Of a stretch of DNA of 20,000 bases, positions 1 to 10,895 are shown in pieces. A model generated the notes under the pieces. It searched no databases. It was not told the DNA's origin and saw only the letters and a list, made by a program, of their open reading frames with translations. Origin of the DNA: Lophium mytilinum (lineage: Eukaryota); contig MU004193.1 of assembly GCA_010093605.1 (NCBI GenBank), forward strand, positions 1,753,958-1,773,957, given 5' to 3'. The first letter of the stretch is position 1. Each line of letters opens with the position of its first letter. Both the position numbers and the translations under genes were made by a program.

Positions 1-93
1 GGGTGAAGTGGGGGGAGCTCGGTGGAGAGCTACTGACCACCAAATGAACGAAGCCTGACATCACTCTAAATCGGGCAATTTTGACGCGTGAGA

Positions 94-183
94 TCTTGTA
101 CTTTCTAAACACAACGTCGTGTCTTTAGACTCGTGTGTTCTTGTACCTCGAAAACATAAATCTGTGTTCCTAGACTCGTGTGA
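94..183. repeat. Degenerate 45-nt tandem duplication (94-138, 139-183) upstream of the SDR gene
   Basis: Both units begin tcttgtac and contain tagactcgtgtg (126-137 and 171-182); 32 of 45 positions match by manual alignment. Confidence 0.75.
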
Positions 184-335
184 ACGACCTCAAAGAAGCG
201 TGTGGCTTGAAAGTCATTTGCACGCTTGAATTGACGGGTGCCCGCATTGCCGCATGCAGTAATCCACCTGTTTAACATCGTAATCCAGACCTTTAGGCCC
301 CCTCCACAGACGCTTCTCGTGGCCTACATACGTGA

Positions 336-430
336 TATAAACCCTTCGTCTCTTCCGACTCTTCTCTCCCACCCTCTCCAACTTCCCTCTCTCTTTCTTT
401 CTTGAACTTCCTCTCCCGCTCTCACCTCCC
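336..430 (+). promoter_or_regulatory. Putative core promoter of the SDR gene: TATA box followed by a CT-rich tract
   Basis: TATAAA at 336-341 followed by a long pyrimidine-rich stretch before the ATG at 469 (context caccATG); typical filamentous fungal promoter layout. Confidence 0.55.
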
Positions 431-468
431 GCCTATTCTACCTACACGCTCGCCTCGAACCCCCCACC

Positions 469-1518
469 ATGTCCCCTCATCCCCACCCCCCGCGTTTAGA
501 CCAAAAGGTGGCTCTCGTCACCGGCTCCAGCAGCGGAATCGGTCGCGCCATCGCCATTGCCTACGCCTCACATGAGACGAAGCTAGTCGTCTGCGCGGAT
601 GTACGACCAGATGCGCACGGCACGGCCTCTACACCAGAAGATAAAGAGACGACGCATGAGCTTATCAACAAGAGATATGGGGAGGGAAAGGCCGTGTTTG
701 TGCGGTGCGATGTTAGTGAGGCGGACAGTTGGCAGACAGCAGTGGCGGAGGCTGTAGATAGGGGTGGGCGACTGGATGTGTGAGTATTCCCGGAACGAGT
801 TTGGTCGTTTTCAACTCGGGGGAGCGTGAAGGTGATTTATGAGAGGGAGAGGGAGTTAACTGGATATACAGGCTTGTGAACAACGCGGGTGTTGGCGAAC
901 ATAACTATCCGCGGCTGCATCTGATGGACGAAGCGATTTGGGATAAGACCATGGCGGTAAATGCAAAGGGGGTGTTTTTGGTTAGTCAAGCGTGCTTTCT
1001 CTACCTCCTGATCCCATGAAAACTTGTTTCAGCTCGAATAAAGCACATTCCATAGCTCCCAGTCCTACAATCCCAGCCACTGACAGCTTCTCTCATCCCC
1101 ATAGGGCTGCAAGTCCGCCCTAGCTCAGTTCATGAAGCAAGAACCACACCCCTCCGGCGACCGCGGCTGGATCGTCAACATCGCCTCCGTCTTTGGTATC
1201 AACGGCTTCAGTGGTGGCCATGGGCCGTACTGTGCCTCTAAAGCCGCGTGCCTCAACCTCTCGAAATCGATCGCACTCGACTACGGCCCAGATAAGATCC
1301 ACTGCAACGCCATCTGCCCTGGGTTTACGCAAAGTGCGATGACGGAGGCGACGTTTAAGGACGAGGCGGCGAATGCGGGGAGGTTAGCGGTGACACCGTG
1401 GGGGCGATGGGGAAGGCCGGAGGAGATTGCAGCGGCGGCTGTGTTTCTGGCGAGCGAGGACAGTAGCTTTATTACGGGTATCGGGTTGCCGATTGATGGG
1501 GGGTATTTGGCGATGTGA
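469..1518 (+). CDS. Classical short-chain dehydrogenase/reductase (FabG/glucose 1-dehydrogenase-like), 3 exons: 469-779, 872-980, 1105-1518; 277 aa
   Basis: TGSSSGIG (TGxxxGxG) Rossmann motif, CDVS, LDVLVNNAG restored across intron 1 (780-871, GTGAGT..GTTAAC..CAG), intron 2 (981-1104, GTTAGT..ACTGAC..TAG), NIAS catalytic Ser, YCASK (YxxxK), NAICPG, and C-terminal FLASEDSSFITGIGLPIDGG. Spliced length 834 nt is in frame. Confidence 0.95.
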
Positions 1519-2931
1519 GAAGTTGGATAGGGAGGAATTTGAGGAGGAGAAGGGCAAGAATGATTGAATCAGATCATTTTGATATACGCCATACCCCTAG
1601 AGGGAGAGGGTTGGATATTAGGAGGGAATGAGACTACGATAATAGGGCACCTATCATAGTGCTACGTTTGGAAAGCTCGTTGCTGTGACTGACTTCATTG
1701 AGAGCTGAACAGGAGGGAATGAGGTAAGGGATACATGTGACCGCAATGGTGCCCTGTACTTTGCAAGGTTGCTACCATAGCTTCCTTGACTAGAATAAGA
1801 GATTGGTGATAGGCAATACGTGGCACTGTAAGAGCTTCCGAATTTCAAGGACTGGGACGGCGGCACAGCGGGAAGGACCCTCTAGAATATTTCTAAACAG
1901 GGGCTGGGTCTTCATTTGATAAGTCATAAAATCCGGGAAATGTGTTGCTTAGGTAGCCAGAAAGCTTGATTATACCTTACCATCACAACTCAACATGTAG
2001 CATTCCCGCACAGTTTACTACAGAGAAAAGGCCAACACTCGTTTGTCTTACCCTAGCTGTAACGGGATAGTAACGTGACATGGAAGTTCCTAACATCTTG
2101 TAAGAATGAGACAGAAGTCAGCACCAGCCGCATATTCGGCCCTCGACGGCAGACGGCCCTTGCAGTTACATGATTCGCCGCCCACTAGAGCCGCAACGTG
2201 CCTTCGTGCTGTCACAGTAAGCCGTTTTCATAGCTGCTTTTGGTAGGCATCCGGTGCAGGCCCGGCGTCTGCGGCTTCGTGTTTCGAGTGTTTCGAAGCT
2301 CGTATTGGGGCTGGATTGAGCAAGGAGCTGGAGAGGTGGCGCCATCTCGTGAGAAAATTCGAGCCGCGAAGTTGAGTCCACTGTGCATTGAGGCTTTCTG
2401 AATTAGGGGCAATCGAGCTGCAGAATGGTCAAGCAAACTCCTTAACACGATACCCTCTCGTGCCCCGCTGCCCAGGCCGGGTGCAGATGGTGTTTGCATG
2501 GCGATTTGTGGGGAAGCCTGCTATTTTTACATGGCCTAGACAGGGGTGCTCAGCAGGGATACTCAGCAGGGATGCGGACGTGTTACCCTACCAACAACTG
2601 CGCCTCCTAGCGGGACAACGAGCCTTCACACAAGGCCGCCCCCAGCTGACCCAAACCATTTCTTGCCCTCGACGACGATACCCTCACGACACCCTCTCTG
2701 CGCCCTCCTGTGATCATACCACTGCCGCGTTATTTCTAACCTTGAACTCTCCACCACGTTGTGCCCGCTGCCCGCCTCTATCAACGCCAAACACTCGTCA
2801 TACGCTGAGCGGCTCGTCGCCGCTTTCTCGCCCGTACCTGGGTCTGCTGCGAACCACTTGTGTAGACGCAGTACTCTCTGGATCTGTGGGCTTGCATTCA
2901 CCTCAAACTAACCGCCGTCACAATCGTCGCA

Positions 2932-5263
2932 ATGAGCGGGCCGCCAGAGCGAAGCTTTTCCTTCAATTACCATGACGAAGGGACACTTCAGCCTAGAAGC
3001 AACGGCTACCAGCCACAGTACTCCCAGCACTCCCAACCCTACCAAGACGAACCCGCAGTCTCCCCAATAGACCCTCCTCGCAGCCAGCAAATGCCATCGT
3101 CATACGACGCCCCTCCACCCCCTCCCGTCCACCGGCACCCAAGCAGCGCGTACAGCCAGCAGACACAGAGACAGTACGACGGACAACAGCAATCTCTTCC
3201 GCGGCAGAATACCATACCAAGACGCCCGCTCAGCCAGTCTCCTCCCCCTCATTACGGTGTGGGAGCTGTGCCAAACACTTCGCAGCCTAGTCGTCAATCT
3301 GACACCACGCCCGGAATGGACAATCTTAGCACAGCTGCAGCCGGAGGCGGAATTGCAGGAATTGCGATGGGAGTTGCCAGCACAAATGAGCGGGACAGCG
3401 GGGTGCAGGCGTTGCGGGACATTGACAATCTATACCGGTCAGGTGATATCGCAGGACCAAGACACACACCCCTAGAACGCCGATTTGACCCAGACGAGGA
3501 CGACCATTACGGCGGGTTCGCCCCAGCAGCAGCATTACCACCGCGAAGACCTACCGACCCTCAACCTTCCTACTCCTCCACAATACCACTTGCTGCTGCA
3601 AGCTACGCGCCAGCTGCAGCGTCTCGAGCCGAAAGCTCCTCGGAACGAAGCATACCATTATACAACCAGCCCTCTCCCAGCGCCTATCCTTATGCCGATA
3701 GCCCGTATGACCAGTACTCATCTAGCAACCTCCGTCTCGCTCCTGCGATGGGCGCCATTGATCCCAACTCCATCGCCGACGACGGAGACGATGACTTTGC
3801 CCACGCTCAGCATGGTCAGAAACGGCGCTCCCTGCTCCCATTTGGAAACAATCGTAATTCCAGCCATGAAGGTGTTGCGCCAGCTGCTGCTGGGGTCGGT
3901 GCGGGAGCTGCAGCCGCAGGTGCCTTTGCATTCGGCGCACGAGATGCCAGCGGCACCTACAATGCTGTACCCACGAACGGCATACAAGACTCTGCTAGCG
4001 GTGGCACTGGCGGCATTGGTCCCGGGGCGGAAAAGAGCGACTGGTTAAACCGCCAGAACACCGGAAACAAGCGTCTTAAGTGGATTGTAGGTACCATCGT
4101 TGCGCTTGTAATCATTGGAGCCATTGTCGGGGGCGTTATCGGAGGTGTACTTTCAAGGAAAAACAACAAGTCTTCCTCTAAGCCCAGCGACCAGACCCCA
4201 CAAGGAGTCGCCAACGATAACAAGTCCGATCTCGACAAGAACAGCGCCGAAATTCAGAAGCTGCTAGGGAACACAAACCTGCACAAGGTATTCCCGGGCA
4301 TGGATTACACGCCCCTGAATGCTCAATATCCCGATTGCATGCAGTCACCGCCCAGTCAAAACAACGTCACTCGCGACATGGCCATGCTGAGCCAGCTCAC
4401 CAATGCAGTGCGGCTATATGGTACCGACTGTAACCAGACCGAGATGGTATTGCACGCTATCGACCGCCTTGAGCTTACAGACATGAAAGTGTGGCTCGGT
4501 GTGTGGCTGGGCAAAAATGACACAACCAACGATCGCCAGCTTGCGCAAATGTGGCAGATACTAGACGACCAGAAATCCAAGAATAACATTGATGTCTTCA
4601 AAGGAGTCATCGTCGGTAATGAAGTTCTCTTCCGAGAAGACCTGTCAATAGACACACTCGGCACGATTCTCGGAGACGTCAAGAAGAACCTCACGGACAG
4701 GGAGATGGATTTACCGCTCGCGACCTCGGATCTCGGAGATAACTGGACTGCTGCCCTAACGCTGGATGTGGATATTGTGATGAGCAATATTCATCCTTTC
4801 TTCGCGGGCGTCACAGCCGAAGCTGCGGCGGGATGGACGTGGACGTTTTGGCAGGGGAAGGACGTTGCTTTGACAGAGGGCAAAAGTACCAAGCAGATCA
4901 TCTCAGAAGTCGGATGGCCGTCGGCCGGGGGAAACGACTGTGGCGAAGCCGATTGCACGAGTGATACGCAGGGAAGTATAGCTGGGATCGATGAGATGAA
5001 CACGTTCATGGAGAATTGGGTTTGCCAGAGTTTGGCGAATTCTACGGAGTATTTCTGGTATGTTCCTCCCCCCGAATCTGAAGTCTGTGTTGAATGGTGT
5101 GTGCTAATAGTAGGACAGGTTCGAAGCCTTCGATGAGCCCTGGAAGATCCAGTTCGACACAAAAGGCAAAGAGTGGGAAGACAAATGGGGCTTGATGGAC
5201 GTTGACCGCAATTTGAAAGACGGGGTCAAGATTCCGGATTGTGGGGGCAAAACGGCGGCGTAG
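2932..5263 (+). CDS. btgC: Membrane-anchored GH17 glucan endo-1,3-beta-glucosidase, BtgC-like; 2 exons: 2932-5057, 5119-5263; 756 aa
   Basis: Long P/Q/S-rich disordered N-terminus, one TM helix ([27 protein letters not shown]), GH17 motifs [26 protein letters not shown] and IISEVGWPS. Removing intron 5058-5118 (GTATGT..GCTAAT..CAG) restores [12 protein letters not shown]; stop TAG at 5261-5263. Confidence 0.92.
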
Positions 5264-6192
5264 TACAGGAACTTACGCTCCAGTGAGTACGGTAATGAAA
5301 ATATGGGTATGGACACGGATATGACTGCAAAGCGGATATCTGTGCTCATTTGCATAATGCAATTGGCAGGAATGGCGTTCTAGCGTTGTCTTTGGGCGAA
5401 TTTTGGGTTCAGGAGCGGACAAACGACTGTATAGTAGGCCGCATTTCTGTGATGTTATGAGGTATCGCCGAGGATCGATAACAAATACTGCTCTGAGGGG
5501 TGCAGTAATGTACTGTAGATAGGACCAATATGGAAACGACTGAGTTGATCTACCATGCACCGCCTCGCTCGGTGTGCATCTAGGAAATGTACGTGGATTT
5601 GTTTTCCCCAATGGCTTCATTTCAAATCGTCTGTTTCATCTTGGCATTTGCAGTAGATTGTTGCAAAGGCATGAGTGGATAGAGGACTCGGTTGACACTA
5701 CACAAAGTAGAAGCCACTTCTGCGGAGGACAGCTGGAACACGCTACCACCCGCTTGTCGATCTCTCTAAGATCGAGCTACCAGGACTCGACGGCCAATAG
5801 GACTCGCGGCTGCAGCTCCCCAACTCCGACGAGCAATTTGCCGGTACGTCCTCCGAAGCGTTGGACTCTTGTCAACTCGTAACTGGACGTGCTTTACAGC
5901 AGCTGGGCACAGACACCGTTGCCAACGGTGCAACGCCCGGCCCCATTCTCCGCAAGGGTTCCACTTCGATAACCCCTCCACGCCCAACTGGACAGGCCTC
6001 CCCAGGTGTGAAGCAGCCACAGACAAGGGAATCCTGTGTCTAATCGTCATGATGAAAACGCCTTCGATGGTCAAGACTGCAGATGGGGGCGCGACGCGTA
6101 AATTATGAACGGGATCTAGATTCGACGTCAACACCAAACGCGAACTCAGGTACGGCCAAGACGGGCGGGCTGAGGTCAAAGATAACGCTGTA

Positions 6193-6243
6193 GTCTCTTT
6201 TTCTCTTCTTCTCTTCTTCTTCTCTTCTTCAACCCATCCTCTC
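6193..6243 (+). promoter_or_regulatory. CT-rich (CTCTT/CTT) tract upstream of the 7TM-RGS gene
   Basis: Near-pure pyrimidine repeat about 100-150 nt upstream of the ATG at 6340; typical fungal CT-box or 5' UTR element. Confidence 0.45.
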
Positions 6244-6339
6244 TTATTACTATACCCCTCTTTCGTTATTCATAGTGTCTTTCTTACGTTCTTGCAATCG
6301 CGCGATATCATTTCTACCCCGCGTCTGTATACCTCAACA

Positions 6340-8232
6340 ATGGTGTTCAACGTCACTCCGCAGGGACACGACCTCACCATTCGCCTGAACTGGGACTCCC
6401 TCGGGCAGCTGTACGCCGGCATCGCCATTGCCTGGACTTGCATACTTTGCGCTGCTTCAACATGGCTCTACCTCAACCGCAAAGTCTCGTCCCTTAAGAT
6501 GCGCAATATCCCGCTCGCTATCACTTCCGTAATTTTCCTGCAAGTATACTTAATCATAATATTACTCGCGTATACTATCAACGGGAACTTCTCATGCGGC
6601 TTCATGTTCTGGATTATGAGCACTTGGCTCCCTTTGGGCATAGGTCTTTTCCAGGCCAATATCGCGCAGCTGGATAGTGTTAGTCATATGCAACAACGGA
6701 TGCTGGATATTGAACAGACACCGAGTCGTTTCGGCAAGCGGGTCTACCCATCTGGCGTCAAGGGGCTTTTGGCTAGATGGAATACTCTTACGGCGTTGCG
6801 GAAGACATACGTCTTCATTGGCCTTGGGATGCTAGTTCAGGTGAGGATTCTCAGAGACACCTCGGTCTCACAGCAGGGGCAACGAACATAATACTGATAC
6901 ACCCTCAGCTCATAGTAACCTCAGCGGTTTACGGCACATCTAGAACTCTCCAGGGCCACTTTGATCCCTCTCTCACCCACGCTCAAGGCGCAGGGAAATG
7001 TCGTCGGCGACTCGAATGGTACCGACCCCCTCTCTGCTCCCCTTCCCACTTCCACTGACGCCCCATGCAGGATCCCCTCCGCTATCTGGCAACTCTGGTG
7101 GTCCTGCCTCTACGGGCCCTACCTTCTTTATCGAATCCGCCACATCTCTGACGTCTACTGCTGGCGGCCCCAAATTGCCTGCTCTGTCGTTGCCGGCTTC
7201 CCAGGCTCCCCCCTCTGGCTCGCCGCGATACACTCCCCAGCCTTTGCGAAAGTAAACCTCTTTTGGATACCTCCTCTCTGGATCGCGCCGGGCATCATAG
7301 TCACGCAGTTCGCTACCCTCTTCTTCCCTATCTACGTCGCCTGGCGCGCGCGGCGCGAACTGCTCGCAACCCTTGCGGCCCTCGAAGCATGGGACGAGAA
7401 GCGCAGCCATGACAGCATATCTGGCAGCAGCAACGACAACTCCAGCTACACCCTTACCACTACTGACGATGCCTGGCACAAGTCCCACTTCCACAACACA
7501 TCTAGCTTCAAATCCGTGTCCACCACCACCGTCGCACCGCGCTCTTTGAGGAATAGAGAGCTGCACACCATGGCCGCACTCTCGAAAGCCCTCGAACTCA
7601 ACCCGGCGCCCCTGCTACACTTCGCTGCAACCGCGGATTTCAGCGCTGAGAACATTGTCTTCCTGATCCAGGTCCGCGATTTCAAATTGGTGTGGGCGCA
7701 GGCACACAGCGCGCCCCGGTCAACTACGGCGCCGAGCTCGTTGCCGGCGCTGTTTGCCGCCGCGTTGAGTATATACAGGAGCTCAATCGATCCCGCGACC
7801 TCCGAGTTCCCTATCAACATCTCCAGCCCCATCGCCGCTCAGCTGCGCGCCGTCTTCGGCGAGTACGTGCCTTACCGCGACGACAGCATTGTCGATTTCT
7901 TCAAGGACAAGGACGCCCGCGCACACGACCAGTCTGCGTTCTCGGCCCAGTCGCGGATGCGTGCGATGGGGGGAAAGAAGGGACCTCCGTCATTCGCTGC
8001 GTCGGCCGCGACTTTCGACATGGACATTACCGACTCTGTGGGGGATGAGGAACGGGGAATCCTGGGATTCGAGCCGGCGCCGTGCGTGAGGCCGACGTGG
8101 TCGCAGGATACTGGCGGGATAGAGGGCTTTGGGGTTACCGTGTTTAATGAGGCGGAGGCGAGTATCAGGTATTTGGTGTTAACGAATACATGGCAGAAGT
8201 TCGTGAAGGAGGCGGGGGTAATAGGGGTGTAA
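6340..8232 (+). CDS. gprK: 7-transmembrane protein with C-terminal RGS domain (GprK / class VI fungal GPCR-like); 3 exons: 6340-6840, 6909-7018, 7071-8232; 590 aa
   Basis: Introns 6841-6908 (GTGAGG..ACTGAT..CAG) and 7019-7070 (GTACCG..ACTGAC..CAG) join three track ORFs in frame (1773 nt). Seven hydrophobic segments are followed by RGS-like LLHFAATADFSAENIVFL, FPINISS and VFNEAEASIRYLVLTNTWQKFV. Symbol is by family resemblance; orthology not tested. Confidence 0.85.
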
Positions 8233-8657
8233 CGGGTAGAAAGACTTGTAGGTATTAGTGTAATTTGGTGTGCCTGAAATTCAGCAACGCAATTGCCTTC
8301 CTAATACGCTTTCTTACTAGTATTCAAGATAATCAATAGTGGACGAAGCGGAAGAAAAGCTTCGCGGGGTTGGAGGGCGGGCAGCGAAATCTATTGTGGT
8401 GATTGGGACACTTCGGGTGTCAAAGGTGAGGGCAATCCACATATCAAAGTGCTTTGGACGAAGAGCTCAATGACAGCTAATAGAAGCTGCACATGCTGCA
8501 TGTCGACTGACCAGTTTATTTCAAGTTCAAGCGCAAACTCTATCCCTTCTAGTCTCTCGTGAATCTTTATCTCCTCCCCGTTATCTACCTTCTTTGCGAA
8601 TTCCTAGACTTCAATCACGTTGGCACACTAAACAACCTGGGTGTGGCCATGAGTGGA

Positions 8658-8906
8658 GGCTTGTGTCTCGGAGGCGTTGTCATTGCCGGAACCGCTCATC
8701 TGCATTTGGTTGTTCATGTCTTTGATGGGCTTGCGGTTTCGGGGCCTCTGTCTTTTCCAGAACCTCTCACCTGCATCTGGTTGCTCATGTCCTTGCCAGG
8801 TTTGCCGTCTCCGAGGTTTTGTCGTCCCTAGACCCGCTCATCTGCATTTGGTTGTTCATGTCTCTGGTATGCTTGCCGACTCGGAGTCTCTGTCGTCTGC
8901 ATACCC
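8658..8906. repeat. 71-nt tandem repeat (family A), about 3.5 copies
   Basis: Core ccgctcatctgcatttggttgttcatgtc recurs with ctgcat anchors at 8700, 8771 and 8842 (period exactly 71, 71); the sequence between cores is also alignable. Confidence 0.9.
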
Positions 8907-9440
8907 GTCTGTCCTCGTCTCATTTTTTGATAGGTCTACCAGCCTTGAAGCTGTTCGGCGATCTTTTGACTCTGGCGTATTCTTTCACGCATAGTCCTGC
9001 CACTGTTGGTTGCGGTGAGGTCCTCGTGAGGTGGGTAGTAAACGTTACCGGTTTCTGCCCGACTTCCTCAAGGAAGTCACGTTTTTGAAACCGCCATATA
9101 GATACCCGCCCGCGCTGCCCACACTACCCCTCGTAACCTGGCTGTGAGCCCCTCGGTGCTGACCTCCTTGACAGGTTGGATTAAACCCTGCCTCATATGC
9201 GTCAACCCCGCTCCCGCTCAGGCATCATTATCCCAGTCCTCGATCGCCTCAATGCGCTGAGGAATTTGATCCCGTCGCCTAAGATCCAAGATGCGAGCGC
9301 GAGGAGGCCCTTACAGGTTAGTTGCATACAGAGGCAGTGGAAGCAAAGATCGGCCTTTATCGGCAAGCCAGCTTATAGTATTTTCTTGCCGAACTTGTTC
9401 GTACTCGGTCTTGGGCCGACGAGCGACGTATCTGGAGATG

Positions 9441-10718
9441 CTGGAGCCTATTTCATAACGTGGATGATTGGAATCTATTCGCGTTCTCGGAGCCCGCATG
9501 ATGCCCACATGAGTTCATTGCAGCCAACGGAAGTCAAGAACATGCTTGTTGAAGTCTTTCTCACCAGCCCTCCACCGACAAGCAACGTGCTTGGGGGACC
9601 CCGGAGCTGGTGCAGTCTCACAACCCCGATGATTGGTATCTGTTGACGCGCCTAGAGCCCGCATGATCCCTCGCGGATTTCCTGCATGGAGACATCTCTG
9701 GATGCTTGGTATTCGTTAACGTTTCCAGAACTTGCAAGATCATCTCGTGGGATCGATATCTGGGGGAAACGCCTGAGTCGTCAAATCCGGAAGATCGTCA
9801 TCTTCTTGAAATTCCCAGAGCGCGCACGTGGAACCCGCAACATCTCGAGGCATCGTTGTCCGGGAGAACGCGTCAGCCGTCTCAAACATGGCTGATTGGT
9901 GTCCGTTGATAATTCCAGAACCGATCTGACCCCTTGAAGGATCGTGGCATAGGGAAACGCGTGAGCCCTCTCAAACCTGGATATGTACGCTTGTTGAAGT
10001 TCTTACTGTCCTTGGCGCCGCATTGCTCCCTTGCATGGTTTTCGCATAGAGCGGAGGCGTCTCAAACTTTGGAGATCTGTATCTGTTGAAGTTCCCACCG
10101 CATGAAACCGTCGCGGGACCTTGGCATGGAACGCAGCCGTGGCGTCCCCGTAGCCCGCATGATCCCTTCATAGATTTGTGCCGTGGAGTGGAACGGGGCC
10201 GTCTCTTGACGTTCCTAGAGCTTGCATGATCTTCCCGCAGGTTCGTTGCGTGGAGTTTTCGTCATTGACGCTGAAGGGATAGGTTGGACCTGAGGAGGCT
10301 ATACGGTAGTGGTCCGTTCGTGTCTGCTTGTTAGCCGAAAATCTTGTTTAGCTTTGATTTTTCCAGCTCGACCTTTTAGCGCAGGGTTGTGAATGTTTCT
10401 GATAGCTCTGCAAAGAGATTCATGCCTCCTCGGCCCCTAGACATTGCCAACAGACGGGTAGAGTATCACTGCAAGCACTCTCCAAAAAACCTTTAACACC
10501 TAGGTATCTTCTCACGGGGAACTCGGAACATCCTGCGCTGCGTGTTTGCATCATTTGGAGGTGCGTAGGACTTCAAGAGTTGGAGTCGTCTCACGCGCCT
10601 GAATGATTGGCATCTGTTGACGTTTCCAGACCCCATGATGCCCCCACAAGAAGAACCCAAATAATCTTCTCGCAGCCAGAGCACACATGATCTCCTCGCA
10701 GGTTCGTTGTTTAGAGAG
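9441..10718. repeat. Degenerate ~90-nt tandem repeat (family B), roughly 10-12 partial or complete copies with a non-repeat interruption at ~10260-10580
   Basis: Recurring motifs gatgattggtatctgttgacg, agcccgcatgatc, gcaggttcgttg and gtctcaaac; ctcaaac anchors at 9881, 9970 and 10061. Confidence 0.85.
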
Positions 10719-10895
10719 CTAATTGAAGTGGAGATCCGCATTACCGTTCGTGAGAGCCGCGCTCTTCATCACGCACGTTTCAATGGCTGTATCCGGGTCT
10801 GTGGCACTGTGCTTTTTTGATGATTCGAAGCTTCTGGATCTCCTTATCACCACCGCCGTAAACGATGATTCGCACAAGATTGTTGATAGCGGCAT

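Noticed and set aside
981..1104. Possible nested intron (stwintron) or alternative acceptor at 1030-1032 in SDR intron 2
   Set aside because: Removing 981-1032 does not create a valid second donor, and using that acceptor gives an immediate TAA.
2388..2975. 195-aa ORF overlapping the btgC start
   Set aside because: Non-ATG start, R/P/S-rich composition with no motif; lies in the promoter and 5' UTR.
5058..5136. C-terminus of the 734-aa ORF as given in the track
   Set aside because: Read-through into an intron; splicing restores the conserved [10 protein letters not shown] motif.
5574..6179. Short ORFs and a 17-nt palindrome (caccgttg-c-caacggtg, 5914-5930) between btgC and the 7TM-RGS gene
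   Set aside because: No recognisable domain or splice structure; a single 8-bp inverted repeat is expected by chance in 20 kb.
2993..8089. Numerous antisense and alternate-frame ORFs over btgC and the 7TM-RGS gene
   Set aside because: Shadows of GC-rich coding sequence with no independent motifs.
8691..8862. CRISPR-like layout (30-nt conserved core with ~41-nt variable spacers)
   Set aside because: The apparent spacers are homologous to each other, the host is a eukaryote and there are no cas genes; it is a tandem repeat.
9061..9078. Hairpin gacttcct-ca-aggaagtc
   Set aside because: Isolated 8-bp inverted repeat with no supporting context.
9441..10718. ATGA-chained ORFs on the + strand of family B (gcATGAtc in many units)
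   Set aside because: ORFs starting at these ATGs do not end at the next unit's TGA, so there is no consistent chaining as in family A.
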